From a virus, in IMG/VR virus record IMGVR_UViG_3300022902_000008: a stretch of 64,000 nt of DNA. One strand, written 5' to 3'. Shown piece after piece: positions 8,614 through 18,061 of this stretch (position 1 is the stretch's first letter; every line of letters begins with the position of its first letter). Made by a program: the position numbers and the translations under genes. The notes beneath the pieces were generated by a model, which was not told where the DNA came from, made no database searches, and was given only the letters and a program-made list of their open reading frames with translations.

Positions 8614-11553
8614 ATGACAACTAATAGCAGAGCATTTCGTGGTGCTGGTATTTATGACAGGGAAATAGAAGTACAGGCTGCTGAGGCTGCGCCTTTTGGT
8701 ACTCCTGGTGGTGTTGTTGGCACCTCTATAAAGGGACCAGCTTTTGTGCCAGTATTGTTTTCACAATGGCGTGATTTTATTATTAATTTTGGTGAACCTG
8801 ATTATGATGAGGGCAATGTTGGCCCATATGCAATTAGGGAATTTTTACGAAATGCTAATGCTGGTGTTTTTGTTAGAGTTCTTGGTGCTGGATATGGCAA
8901 GCGGAATGCATCAACCAAGTTAGTTCCAGGCGCAGGGTTGCATTATTCCTCAGCCAGTTATGGTAGGGGTGGAATGTATTTTGTTGGTGCAGTTCATGGT
9001 TCAAGCTCAGTAAATACAGATTATTTTACTGGAGCGAATTTGCCAAGAACTGGCTCACTAACTAATAATGACAATAACTTTCCTGTCATCAAGACTGCAA
9101 TTGTTGCTGACAGTGGTGTTATCCTAAAAATTAAAGATGATAGGGGCGCACACGCCTCTCCAGCTTATGGTTCAACTGGCTCTTATGGTACTTATGGTAA
9201 TTCTACTAATTCTTTCGTGATGTATTTGGACGGATTTACTAGTTCTGATGAGGTATTGTATCCCTCTAGTATCACTGCTAGCTTTGATCACACTAAACCA
9301 AATTATGTTGATTATGTGTTGAATACAGATATGACACAGATTGATAGCTATGGTTATGCTGTGTATTCAAACTTTGGCATGGCTGATGTTGGTTCAAATG
9401 CTATTCTACAAGTTTCTGGTACAAACTATATTGACAACACAGCGTCATATGAAAATATTGTTTTCTGTCTGTCAGGATCAGAGCCAAGTACAACTGTACC
9501 AGATTTTAACAACTATGAAGAAAGATATACTGCACCAATTTCTCCTTATGTTACTTCACAAGATATTGGTGGTACAAAATATAAATTATTTAGAGTTGAG
9601 GCATTGTCTGATGGTGTTTGGGCAAATGAGAACCTAAAAATTTCAATTAGAGATGTGAGAAAAAGCACCTCAGACAATACTGATTTCGGATCGTTCACTT
9701 TACTTATAAGAGCTTTTGATGATACCGATTCTGAGCCAGTTATTTTGGAGCAATTTAAAACTCTAGATCTTAATCCAGGCTCAGAAAACTATATTGCTAG
9801 AAGAATTGGTGATAAGACTGTTTATTTTGATCATGATTATGATGATGAAGACAAACAAAAAATGGTTGTTGATGGAGAGTATCCAAATGTTTCTAAACAT
9901 ATTCGTATTGTTGCAACTGATGAACTTAAGAATAGTGAAGTTCCTGAAAATGCCATTCCATTTGGCTTTACTGGAAACTTTATGCTTAATACTTTTGATA
10001 TGTTTGATGTTGCTGGAATCCCAGAGATTGATGCTGATATTACAAATGCAAGCATTACAGATGTTGCAGAATTCTTTAATCAAGCAGTTGTTCCACCTGT
10101 GCCACTTAGAACTGAAATCAGCAAAAAGAGTGGTAATAATAAATCAAACAATAATAAACTTTATTGGGGCGTTAAATTTGAAAGAACTTTAGCTGGCGCA
10201 ACTAATTCAAATGCAGGCTTGGGCCAACCAAACTATTCAGATAAGGCAGAGCCAGCAATTAAAGCGTTTACAAAGTTTTATGGTAATGTTCATGTTGCTG
10301 AGTCAGCTACCGCATATGAATCACCTGTATGGCTACAATCAGATATTCCTACAAGTGGATCTTCAGTACTTTGGAATAATGAATTTAATCTTGGAAACAT
10401 CTCAGTTGTAACTAAGTCTCTAACTGATACTGACGCTGATCGCTCACAAATATATGCATGGAAATATCATAGAAATGGTGTTATGCCTGCTGGTAGTCGA
10501 TCATTTAGTGTTGATAGTGACTTAAATACAAATAGTGATGTAGCTAAGTTCTCATTCTTCCTACAGTATGGTTGGGATGGTACTGACATTACTAGAATTG
10601 ATGAGAGAAGAATGAATCAAACTGCACTTAATAATGCATCTAATGGATCAGGCTGGGATACCAATATTGCTAATTCATATAAGGTGGCTATCAAAGCAAT
10701 CACAGGTCCAGAAAATACTGACATTAGCTTATTGGCTGTTCCTGATATTCGTGATTCATTAATTACTGACTATGTAATTGAAAGATGTGAAGAAAGGTTT
10801 GATTGTTTCTATATTATGGATGCTGAAAATGTTGGTGATAGTAGCACAAAAATTAATTCACTTACTTCTTCAACTAGGCCATTAGTTTCAGAAACTGTAC
10901 AAACTCTTGAGGATAGAGGTCTTAACACAAACTTCGCTGCAACTTATTGGCCTGATGTTAAGATATTTGATGATATTACAAATAAGTCAATTACAGTTCC
11001 ACCTTCAGTTGTTGTAATGGGTGCATTTGCATTTAACGACAAAGTGTCATTCCCTTGGTTTGCTCCTGCTGGATTTAATAGGGGTGCTTTGGAGTCTGTT
11101 ACTGATGTTGTTGTGAGACTTTCAAAAGAAAACAGGAATGATCTTTATGATGCAGATATTAACCCAATTTATGTCCATCCCTCTGATGGTGCTGTTGTGT
11201 TTGGACAAAAAACACTTCAAGCTGCACAATCTGCCCTTGATCGTGTCAATGTTCGAAGGTTGATGATTGAGGTTAGAAGGGCAGTCAAGGTTGTTTCTCA
11301 GGGCTTGTTGTTCGAACCTAACACACAAAGTACATGGCAGAAGTTTACAAACCAAGTTAATCCTATTTTGGAAAGAATTAAGGAGCAAGCTGGTATTGAG
11401 CGTTACAAGGTTATTATGAACGATACCACAAACTCTTCAACTGATGTGGAGAATTATGTAATGCGTGGAACAATCTATCTGCAACCTACGAAGGTCGTAG
11501 AATTCATAAGTTTGGACTTTGTTATTACAAATGCTGGCGTTATATTCTCTTAA
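8614..11553 (+). CDS. Tail sheath protein 2 (paralogue)
   Basis: Same sheath motifs (KGPAFVP, WFAPAGFNRG, RVNVRR, EFISLDF). Confidence 0.95.
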   Translation: MTTNSRAFRGAGIYDREIEVQAAEAAPFGTPGGVVGTSIKGPAFVPVLFSQWRDFIINFGEPDYDEGNVGPYAIREFLRNANAGVFVRVLGAGYGKRNASTKLVPGAGLHYSSASYGRGGMYFVGAVHGSSSVNTDYFTGANLPRTGSLTNNDNNFPVIKTAIVADSGVILKIKDDRGAHASPAYGSTGSYGTYGNSTNSFVMYLDGFTSSDEVLYPSSITASFDHTKPNYVDYVLNTDMTQIDSYGYAVYSNFGMADVGSNAILQVSGTNYIDNTASYENIVFCLSGSEPSTTVPDFNNYEERYTAPISPYVTSQDIGGTKYKLFRVEALSDGVWANENLKISIRDVRKSTSDNTDFGSFTLLIRAFDDTDSEPVILEQFKTLDLNPGSENYIARRIGDKTVYFDHDYDDEDKQKMVVDGEYPNVSKHIRIVATDELKNSEVPENAIPFGFTGNFMLNTFDMFDVAGIPEIDADITNASITDVAEFFNQAVVPPVPLRTEISKKSGNNKSNNNKLYWGVKFERTLAGATNSNAGLGQPNYSDKAEPAIKAFTKFYGNVHVAESATAYESPVWLQSDIPTSGSSVLWNNEFNLGNISVVTKSLTDTDADRSQIYAWKYHRNGVMPAGSRSFSVDSDLNTNSDVAKFSFFLQYGWDGTDITRIDERRMNQTALNNASNGSGWDTNIANSYKVAIKAITGPENTDISLLAVPDIRDSLITDYVIERCEERFDCFYIMDAENVGDSSTKINSLTSSTRPLVSETVQTLEDRGLNTNFAATYWPDVKIFDDITNKSITVPPSVVVMGAFAFNDKVSFPWFAPAGFNRGALESVTDVVVRLSKENRNDLYDADINPIYVHPSDGAVVFGQKTLQAAQSALDRVNVRRLMIEVRRAVKVVSQGLLFEPNTQSTWQKFTNQVNPILERIKEQAGIERYKVIMNDTTNSSTDVENYVMRGTIYLQPTKVVEFISLDFVITNAGVIFS

Positions 11554-11588
11554 GGATGATTGTTTCTTAAAATAAATGTTAATTGATG

Positions 11589-11611
11589 GGGGCCTTTCTA
11601 GGCCCCTTTTT
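11589..11611 (+). terminator. Rho-independent terminator after sheath genes
   Basis: GGGGCCT-TTCT-AGGCCCC hairpin followed by TTTTT. Confidence 0.8.
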
Positions 11612-11627
11612 ATTTGGGGGGTTTTAA

Positions 11628-12764
11628 ATGTTGTTGGAAGTTAAAAAGGTCAAGGTGGTTAGTAAGTCTAAATTTAATAGTAAAAAGTTCAAAGAGATTT
11701 TAGTTTTAAAGTGTGATTATTGTGGAAAAATATTTGAAAAAAGGTTTGCTACTTGGTATAGTCAAAAAGAAAATCATTTTTGTTCAAGAATTTGTGCTAA
11801 CACACGTCCAGAAAGAAATGAGCATTTAAGCAGGGTAATGAAAATTATGCACCAAAACAGAACAGATGAAGAACGACTGGTTGTTAGTGAGAAGGTGAGC
11901 AAAAGTATTAAAAAATGGAATGACAATAGAACTGAAGAGGAAAAAAGGCTGGCATATGAAAAAACATCTAAAACTTTGAACAACAAGACTAATGATGAGA
12001 AACAAAAAAGGGCAAGAAAGTTTAAAAAGACATGGCATAATAGGTCAGAAGATGAAAAGAAAGCATATTCAGAAAAACAAAGGAGGAACACAAAACTAAG
12101 GTGGAATAATAAAACTGAAGAAGATAAACAAAAGTGGGCTGAAATGTCTAAAGAAAGATTAAACAATAGAACTAAAGAAGAGCGTATAAGGGATATTAAT
12201 CGTATTAAAGCTGGTCTTAATAAAAGAACAAAAAAACAAATTGAAGAAGCAAATAAAAAAAGAAAAGAAACAATAAGTAAAGATCCTGATTTCCATAGAA
12301 AGCGTATAAAGAAAACACAACAAACAAGGAAAAAGCGATATGGAGAAGGTGATTGTTTTGCTAAATCAGAAATAGAAAGCATATATTATGAATATCTTTT
12401 GTTTTGGTATTCCGAAGATGAGATTGAAAGACAGAGTTTTAAAAATGGATGGATAATGGATTTCTACATTATTCCAGAAAATACATATGTTAATTTTAAT
12501 GGTGATTATTGGCATGGAAAAGATCAGACACACAATGACTTAATGAAAAAAGCAATAATATATGAAAAGAAAAATAATTTGAAAAAATCTCAATATAGAA
12601 AAATTGCAAGTACTATTTTAATTGATCAAAAGAAAATAGACTACTTCAAAGAACAAAACATTCCCTATCAGATAATATGGGAGTATGATTTTAAAGAGTT
12701 TTTAAATAACAGTCCAATGTTAAAAGAAAATTTAGGTAAAAAAATGGAAAATAGACAAGTTTAA
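11628..12764 (+). CDS. Free-standing putative homing endonuclease (Vsr/DUF559-like C-terminus, Zn-binding N-terminus, basic helical repeats)
   Basis: CDYC...FCSRIC; about 7 N(R/K)(T/S)xEE-type repeats; C-terminal MDFYI...NGDYWH...IIWEYDF. Confidence 0.7.
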   Translation: MLLEVKKVKVVSKSKFNSKKFKEILVLKCDYCGKIFEKRFATWYSQKENHFCSRICANTRPERNEHLSRVMKIMHQNRTDEERLVVSEKVSKSIKKWNDNRTEEEKRLAYEKTSKTLNNKTNDEKQKRARKFKKTWHNRSEDEKKAYSEKQRRNTKLRWNNKTEEDKQKWAEMSKERLNNRTKEERIRDINRIKAGLNKRTKKQIEEANKKRKETISKDPDFHRKRIKKTQQTRKKRYGEGDCFAKSEIESIYYEYLLFWYSEDEIERQSFKNGWIMDFYIIPENTYVNFNGDYWHGKDQTHNDLMKKAIIYEKKNNLKKSQYRKIASTILIDQKKIDYFKEQNIPYQIIWEYDFKEFLNNSPMLKENLGKKMENRQV

Positions 12765-12780
12765 TTGATAATTATATATA

Positions 12781-13872
12781 ATGAACTTATTAGAAAAATA
12801 TATTAGATTATTGTTGGTTGAATCAAGAGTTGGTGATGTCAAAAAGAAGTATCCTGATTATGGTGGGTTTATACAAACAATGTCTGAGAACGATCCCTCT
12901 AATAACAATGCATATTTGATGTGGATGGTGGGACAATTTATTGATCATATAAATAATTATGAGTCAATAATAGACACAGTTAATAAGTTTCATAAAGTTA
13001 AGAATAAGCTCCCAAAAGATAAAAGAGATCTTTATAAGTATGAACATTTATATCAATTAAAAGATGAGATGGGCAAAGTGTCAGATGTGTCAAAACGTCA
13101 ACAAAAGAAGATTGTAAAGAAAAAGGGCGCAGACATTGTATTTGAGAATGATGAAGTTGTGGTATTAATCCCCAAGACGCATAAGGCCAGTTGTTATTAT
13201 GGAAGCAATACGAAGTGGTGTACAGCTTCAAAGGACAACTCAAGTCACTTTGATAACTATTTAGGAAAAGTAACGTTATATTACATTTTACCAAAAGATG
13301 GTGGGGAGAAGGTTGCGGTTGCAGTTGATGAAGATAATGATAAAAAGGTGTTTGATTCTAAGGATAATGGAAAGAATTTAAGTTGGCTGAAAGACAAGTT
13401 GCAACAATATAACATTCCAAGTTCGACATTTAAGTATGTTCTGTTGACGGGGATGATAGAAAGAAATGATGGAGCAAAAGAATGGTATTTAAATGGAGAA
13501 CTTCATCGAACTGATGGTCCCGCTTATGAACATCCTAATGAATCAAAAGAATGGTGGTTAAATGGGAGGCTTCATCGAACTGACGGACCTGCAATTGAAT
13601 ATTCTAATGGAACAAAACATTGGTATCTAAATGGAAAGTTGCATCGAGAAGATGGTCCTGCGCTTGAGTGGCCTGATGGATCAAAAGAATGGTATCTAAA
13701 TGGACAGCTTCATCGAGAAGATGGTCCTGCTATTGAATATTCTGACGGCCATAAAGAATGGTGGATAAATGGAAGGGAATATCTAGAAGATAAATATTGG
13801 CAAAAGGTAGGCCTTGACAAGAAAGAAGAGTATTATAACAATTACAACAATAAAAAACAAACTGACTCTTAA
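12781..13872 (+). CDS. Leader-bearing family protein with 4 x 23-aa WYLNG repeats
   Basis: Leader, DPSNNNAYLMWM, ASCYYGSNTKWC, WYLNGxxHRxDGPAxE repeats. Confidence 0.8.
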   Translation: MNLLEKYIRLLLVESRVGDVKKKYPDYGGFIQTMSENDPSNNNAYLMWMVGQFIDHINNYESIIDTVNKFHKVKNKLPKDKRDLYKYEHLYQLKDEMGKVSDVSKRQQKKIVKKKGADIVFENDEVVVLIPKTHKASCYYGSNTKWCTASKDNSSHFDNYLGKVTLYYILPKDGGEKVAVAVDEDNDKKVFDSKDNGKNLSWLKDKLQQYNIPSSTFKYVLLTGMIERNDGAKEWYLNGELHRTDGPAYEHPNESKEWWLNGRLHRTDGPAIEYSNGTKHWYLNGKLHREDGPALEWPDGSKEWYLNGQLHREDGPAIEYSDGHKEWWINGREYLEDKYWQKVGLDKKEEYYNNYNNKKQTDS

Positions 13873-13921
13873 CTATATTTTTATGCATTTTTTATTGCAT
13901 ATATAAGGACTTAAAATAGGT

Positions 13922-14359
13922 ATGAAAAATTTAAATTCGTTCATAGAGCTTGTTTTATTAGAAGGTATGGATGAGTACTACAAGGACAACACAGGCTTTT
14001 TAAAGCGAAATGTAAAGGATTTTTTGAACAAATATTCAAATAATATTGATAAATATTTTTTATATAAATCTGATCGACATTTGGAATATGCATTAAATAA
14101 TATAAGAGATCTATACGAAACCTTTTCAAACATGGTTGATGATAAATATTTGGATTTTGATGAAACATCGTTTTTACCAACAAAGGATATTGATTATGAT
14201 TATTTGCACAACCTTTCAGAGAACATGATTTCTTTTATAAATAAGATTGGTGACAAGGTTGAAGGTGGTGGGGATTCTATTGCTCATATTAAAGCTGGAA
14301 TTGAGAAGATCAAGTTTGTTATTGTTGCAATTGAGAGGGTGTTGGGTGAGAGTGAATAA
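13922..14359 (+). CDS. Leader-bearing hypothetical protein
   Basis: MKNLNSFIELVLLE-G N-terminus. Confidence 0.6.
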   Translation: MKNLNSFIELVLLEGMDEYYKDNTGFLKRNVKDFLNKYSNNIDKYFLYKSDRHLEYALNNIRDLYETFSNMVDDKYLDFDETSFLPTKDIDYDYLHNLSENMISFINKIGDKVEGGGDSIAHIKAGIEKIKFVIVAIERVLGESE

Positions 14360-15433
14360 GTGAACTTATTAGAAAAATACATTAGATTGTTGTTGGTTGA
14401 GGGAAGGTTGGAGGATGTTCGGAATAAATATCTTAACAACAAAGATCTTGTTAACAATTTGTCTAGTCAAGATCCGTCAGGCAACAACAAATATCTTTTA
14501 TGGATGACTCAACAAGTTGTTGATGGTGGGGAAAATGAAGCGAGTGTTGTTGATTTGGTTAACAAGTTTCATAAAAATCAACAAAGATTGAAAGGTGATA
14601 AGAGGGATTTATATAAATATAACAGCTTAAGTGATCTTGGGAAAGAGTTGAGTAAAGTTACAGATAAATCAAAAAGTCAACAAAAGAAGGCTATAAAAAA
14701 AGAAGGCGTAGACATTGTATTTGAAAGCGATAAGGTGTTGATTGTAATCCCCAAGACTCATAAGGCAAGTTGTTATTATGGGAGCAACACCAGTTGGTGT
14801 ACAGCTTCAAGGAAAAACTTAAATTATTTTGAGAGTTATTTGGGAAAAGTTACATTATATTACATATTACCGAAGGATGGTGGGGAGAAGATTGCAGTTG
14901 CAGTTTACAAGAATAATGATAAAAAGATATTTGATTCTGGGGATAATAAGAAGGGTTTAAGTTGGCTGGAAAACAAGTTGCAACAATATAACATTCCAAG
15001 TTCGATATTTAAGTATATTTTACTTGCTAGAATGATAAGAAAGGATGATGGGACAATATTATGGTATCTAAATGGACAGCTTCATCAAACTGACGGTCCT
15101 GCTGTTGAACATCCTGATGGAACAAAAAGATGGTATTTGAGTGGAAAGCGTCATCGAACTGACGGCCCTGCTATTGAATATTCTGACGGCCATAAATCAT
15201 GGTATTTAAATGGAGTACGTCATCGAACTGATGGTCCTGCTTATGAACATCCTGATGGAATAAAAACATGGTGGATAAATGGAAAGCGTCATCGAGAAGA
15301 TGGTCCTGCTGTTGAATATTCTGACGGCCATAAAGAATGGTGGTTAAATGGCATGGAATATCCAGAAGATAAATACTGGCAAAAGGTAGGTCTTGACAAG
15401 AAAGAAGAGTATTATAAGGGATTAAAAAAATAA
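14360..15433 (+). CDS. Leader-bearing family protein with 4 WYLNG repeats
   Basis: GTG start; paralogous to 12781 and 18062. Confidence 0.8.
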   Translation: MNLLEKYIRLLLVEGRLEDVRNKYLNNKDLVNNLSSQDPSGNNKYLLWMTQQVVDGGENEASVVDLVNKFHKNQQRLKGDKRDLYKYNSLSDLGKELSKVTDKSKSQQKKAIKKEGVDIVFESDKVLIVIPKTHKASCYYGSNTSWCTASRKNLNYFESYLGKVTLYYILPKDGGEKIAVAVYKNNDKKIFDSGDNKKGLSWLENKLQQYNIPSSIFKYILLARMIRKDDGTILWYLNGQLHQTDGPAVEHPDGTKRWYLSGKRHRTDGPAIEYSDGHKSWYLNGVRHRTDGPAYEHPDGIKTWWINGKRHREDGPAVEYSDGHKEWWLNGMEYPEDKYWQKVGLDKKEEYYKGLKK

Positions 15434-15504
15434 ACTTATTAGAAAAATATATTAGATTATTATTAGTTGAATCAAGGGTTGATGATGTTAAAAAAAGATA
15501 TCCT
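15299..15504 (+). repeat. 206-bp direct repeat, copy 1 (spans gene junction)
   Basis: Matches 19007-19212 with 3 mismatches by manual alignment. Confidence 0.9.
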
Positions 15505-16641
15505 GATTGTAGTATAATTGAAATGATGTCTAGAAGAGATCCATCAGGTAATAACAAATATTTAATGTGGATGGTGGGACAATTTGCTGATCATTTAAAT
15601 GACTATGAATCAATAATAGACACAGTTAACAAGTTTCATAAAGTTAAGAATAAACTCCCAAAAGACAAAAGAGATCTTTATAAGTATGAACATTTACATC
15701 AATTAAAGGATGAGATGGGTAAAGTGTCAGATGTGTCAAAAAGGCAACAAAAGAAGATTATAAAAAAAGAAGGTGCAGATACTGTGTTTGAGAATGACAA
15801 GGTTGCAGTTGTGATCCCCAAGACTCACAAGGCAAGTTGTTATTATGGAAGCAACACCAAATGGTGTACAGCTTCAAAGGATGATTCAAGTCACTTTGAC
15901 AATTATTTAGGAAAAGTCACATTATATTATATATTACCGAAGGATGGTGGGGAGAAGGTTGCAGTTGCAGTTGATGAGCATAATGACAAAGAGATATTTG
16001 ATTCTGGGGATAATGGAAAAAGGTTATGGTGGCTGGAAGGTAAGTTGCAACAATATAACATTCCAAGTTCAACATTCAAGTATATTCCACTTACGGGGAT
16101 GATAAGAAAGGATGATGGGACAATATTGTGGTATCTAAATGGCTATTTTCATCGAATTGATGGCCCTGCTTATGAACACCCTAATGGAAAAAAACGATGG
16201 TATCTAAATGGAAAGCTTCATCGAGAAGATGGTCCTGCTATTGAACGTCCTAATGGAACAAAATATTGGTTTCTAAATGGAAAGCTTCATCGAAAAGATG
16301 GTCCTGCTATTGAAGACTCTGATGAATCAAAAGAATGGTACTTAAATGGAAAGCGTCATCGAACTGACGGCCCCGCTTATGAACATCCTGACGGAACAAA
16401 ATCATGGTATCTAAATGGAAAACTTCATCGAGAAGATGGTCCTGCAATTGAACGGGCTGATGGAACAAAACATTGGTATTTAAATGGAAGGAAACATCGA
16501 AAAGATGGTCCTGCTGTTGAAGATTCTAATGGCCATAAAGAATGGTGGTTAAATGGCATGGAATATCCAGAAGATAAATACTGGCAAAAGGTAGGTCTTG
16601 ACAAGAAAGAAGAGTATTATAAGAATGACAATAAAAAATAA
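15430..16641 (+). CDS. Leader-bearing family protein with 6 WYLNG repeats; ancestral ATG mutated to ATA
   Basis: In-frame ATA-AAC-TTA-TTA-GAA (INLLEKYIRLLLVE) begins 31 codons before the ATG at 15523. Confidence 0.75.
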   Translation: MNLLEKYIRLLLVESRVDDVKKRYPDCSIIEMMSRRDPSGNNKYLMWMVGQFADHLNDYESIIDTVNKFHKVKNKLPKDKRDLYKYEHLHQLKDEMGKVSDVSKRQQKKIIKKEGADTVFENDKVAVVIPKTHKASCYYGSNTKWCTASKDDSSHFDNYLGKVTLYYILPKDGGEKVAVAVDEHNDKEIFDSGDNGKRLWWLEGKLQQYNIPSSTFKYIPLTGMIRKDDGTILWYLNGYFHRIDGPAYEHPNGKKRWYLNGKLHREDGPAIERPNGTKYWFLNGKLHRKDGPAIEDSDESKEWYLNGKRHRTDGPAYEHPDGTKSWYLNGKLHREDGPAIERADGTKHWYLNGRKHRKDGPAVEDSNGHKEWWLNGMEYPEDKYWQKVGLDKKEEYYKNDNKK

Positions 16642-16903
16642 AATATGTGAAATATGTAATAGTTTTTCTAATGGCCTTGACAAGCATCATATTCAGTCAA
16701 GGTGTTTTGGGGGAGAAAATAAAAAATATAATATTGTAAATATTTGTTGTAATTGTCATAGAAATGTTCATTTAGGAAAAGTTATTATTGAAGGTAGGTT
16801 TAATAGCACAAAAGGAAATGTTGTTGTTTGGAGATATGAGGGTGATGATAAAAAAATTGTAAGTGAAGATCCAAAAGTACATATAATAGGAGAAAAAAAA
16901 TGA
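16625..16903 (+). CDS. Small HNH endonuclease
   Basis: CEIC...DKHHI...GG...NIVNICCNCHRNVH; ATG at 16625 preferred over TTG 16598. Confidence 0.8.
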   Translation: MTIKNKICEICNSFSNGLDKHHIQSRCFGGENKKYNIVNICCNCHRNVHLGKVIIEGRFNSTKGNVVVWRYEGDDKKIVSEDPKVHIIGEKK

Positions 16904-17220
16904 ATAAGAAAATAAAGTTATCTGAAAGCAGAGTAAGGGCTGTTATAAAAAAAATTATAAAAGAAGAGTTTGATGATTACGGTGATGATGGTGATGATTA
17001 TGGTGATGCAATTGAACAGCTTTTAAATATTAAAGACAAAATGAAAGAGTTGGTTGAAGAAGCAAAACATATTATTCGTAATGCTGATGATGATAGGGGG
17101 ATATATGAGAGGGCGAGAAGGCAGTGGGCCGCACATATTGAAGGTGCGCTAGACAAGGAAAATGACTGGATGGGTGGCTCAATGCATACAATGCAAGATA
17201 CAATTGATGAACTTGAATAA
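16900..17220 (+). CDS. Leader-bearing acidic hypothetical protein
   Basis: KIKLSESRVRAVIKKIIKEE N-terminus; GGAG RBS. Confidence 0.65.
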   Translation: MNKKIKLSESRVRAVIKKIIKEEFDDYGDDGDDYGDAIEQLLNIKDKMKELVEEAKHIIRNADDDRGIYERARRQWAAHIEGALDKENDWMGGSMHTMQDTIDELE

Positions 17221-17244
17221 TAAAAATATAATAGGGGATAAAAA

Positions 17245-17745
17245 ATGAAAGTTAAAATGAAAAAAAAGCAGTTAAGGAAGATTATAAAAGAAGAGACAAA
17301 AAAGTGCTTAAAAGAGTATGGAGAGTATAAAGATCCTGAGAAGGTTGCGAGTGCTTTAGAGGGGATATCTTCAGAATTAGATCTAATAATGACAGCCTTC
17401 CCAGAAGGTGTTGGTGGAAGAGAGGGTAGGTTGGCTGATGATATTGAGGCTCTTCATAATTTAGCAAAAAGAGCACAAATGACTGCAATGGATGTTGCTC
17501 ATAGAAAAATTGCAGAAAATAAAAAAAAAGATCTAAGTGAGATATCAAAACCATATGGTGGAGAAAAGCCTGACTTTGATTCATGGCCACAAGAAAGGAT
17601 AAAAAAATATTGGGAAACTTTGTCAAAAAAACATAAAACTTTTGAGAGTAAAGTAGAGGCAGTATCATCTTTTGCTGACAACCCTGAAGCTTTTATTGCG
17701 GCTCTTGAAAAAAGAGCAACTAACGGATGGCCTGCGGAAAAATAG
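17245..17745 (+). CDS. Leader-bearing hypothetical protein
   Basis: MKKKQLRKIIKEETKKCLKE N-terminus. Confidence 0.65.
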   Translation: MKVKMKKKQLRKIIKEETKKCLKEYGEYKDPEKVASALEGISSELDLIMTAFPEGVGGREGRLADDIEALHNLAKRAQMTAMDVAHRKIAENKKKDLSEISKPYGGEKPDFDSWPQERIKKYWETLSKKHKTFESKVEAVSSFADNPEAFIAALEKRATNGWPAEK

Positions 17746-17767
17746 TTAAGGGGAGATAAAAATAAAA

Positions 17768-18058
17768 ATGAATAATAATAAATTAGAATTAATTATTGAA
17801 AGTTTGTTATTAGAAGAGATTGGTTCTCCAACAATTGCAGAGTTAATGCAATCAAAAATACACAAAGCATATACAGTAGTTGCTGATGATCTTGCATCTT
17901 TAGGTTATTTTACAACTGAAGAGAGGATATCATTATCTTCAGCAATATCAAATGCGTTAAAAGAATTTTCTGAAGAGGCAAAAAGAAATAAAGCTTTTGA
18001 TAAAAAAGTAAGACCAGAACATTTAGATAAGTTGGTTATGAAAAGAGGGAAAGAATAA
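17768..18058 (+). CDS. Leader-bearing hypothetical protein
   Basis: KLELIIESLLLEE N-terminus; GGGAG RBS. Confidence 0.6.
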   Translation: MNNNKLELIIESLLLEEIGSPTIAELMQSKIHKAYTVVADDLASLGYFTTEERISLSSAISNALKEFSEEAKRNKAFDKKVRPEHLDKLVMKRGKE

Positions 18059-18061
18059 AAG

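Noticed and set aside
15393-15418. TTGACA...TATAAG promoter inside the conserved family 3' end
   Set aside because: Spacer is only 14 bp, and the conservation is explained by coding (LDKKEEYYK) and recent duplication
13468-16560. CRISPR-like array from 69-bp periodic repeats
   Set aside because: The repeats are in-frame coding units with no unique spacers and no cas genes
16673-16684. GGCCTTGACAAG in the small HNH gene matching the family 3' end
   Set aside because: A 12-bp match that encodes GLDK before the HNH His pair; too short to support a target-site or recombination claim
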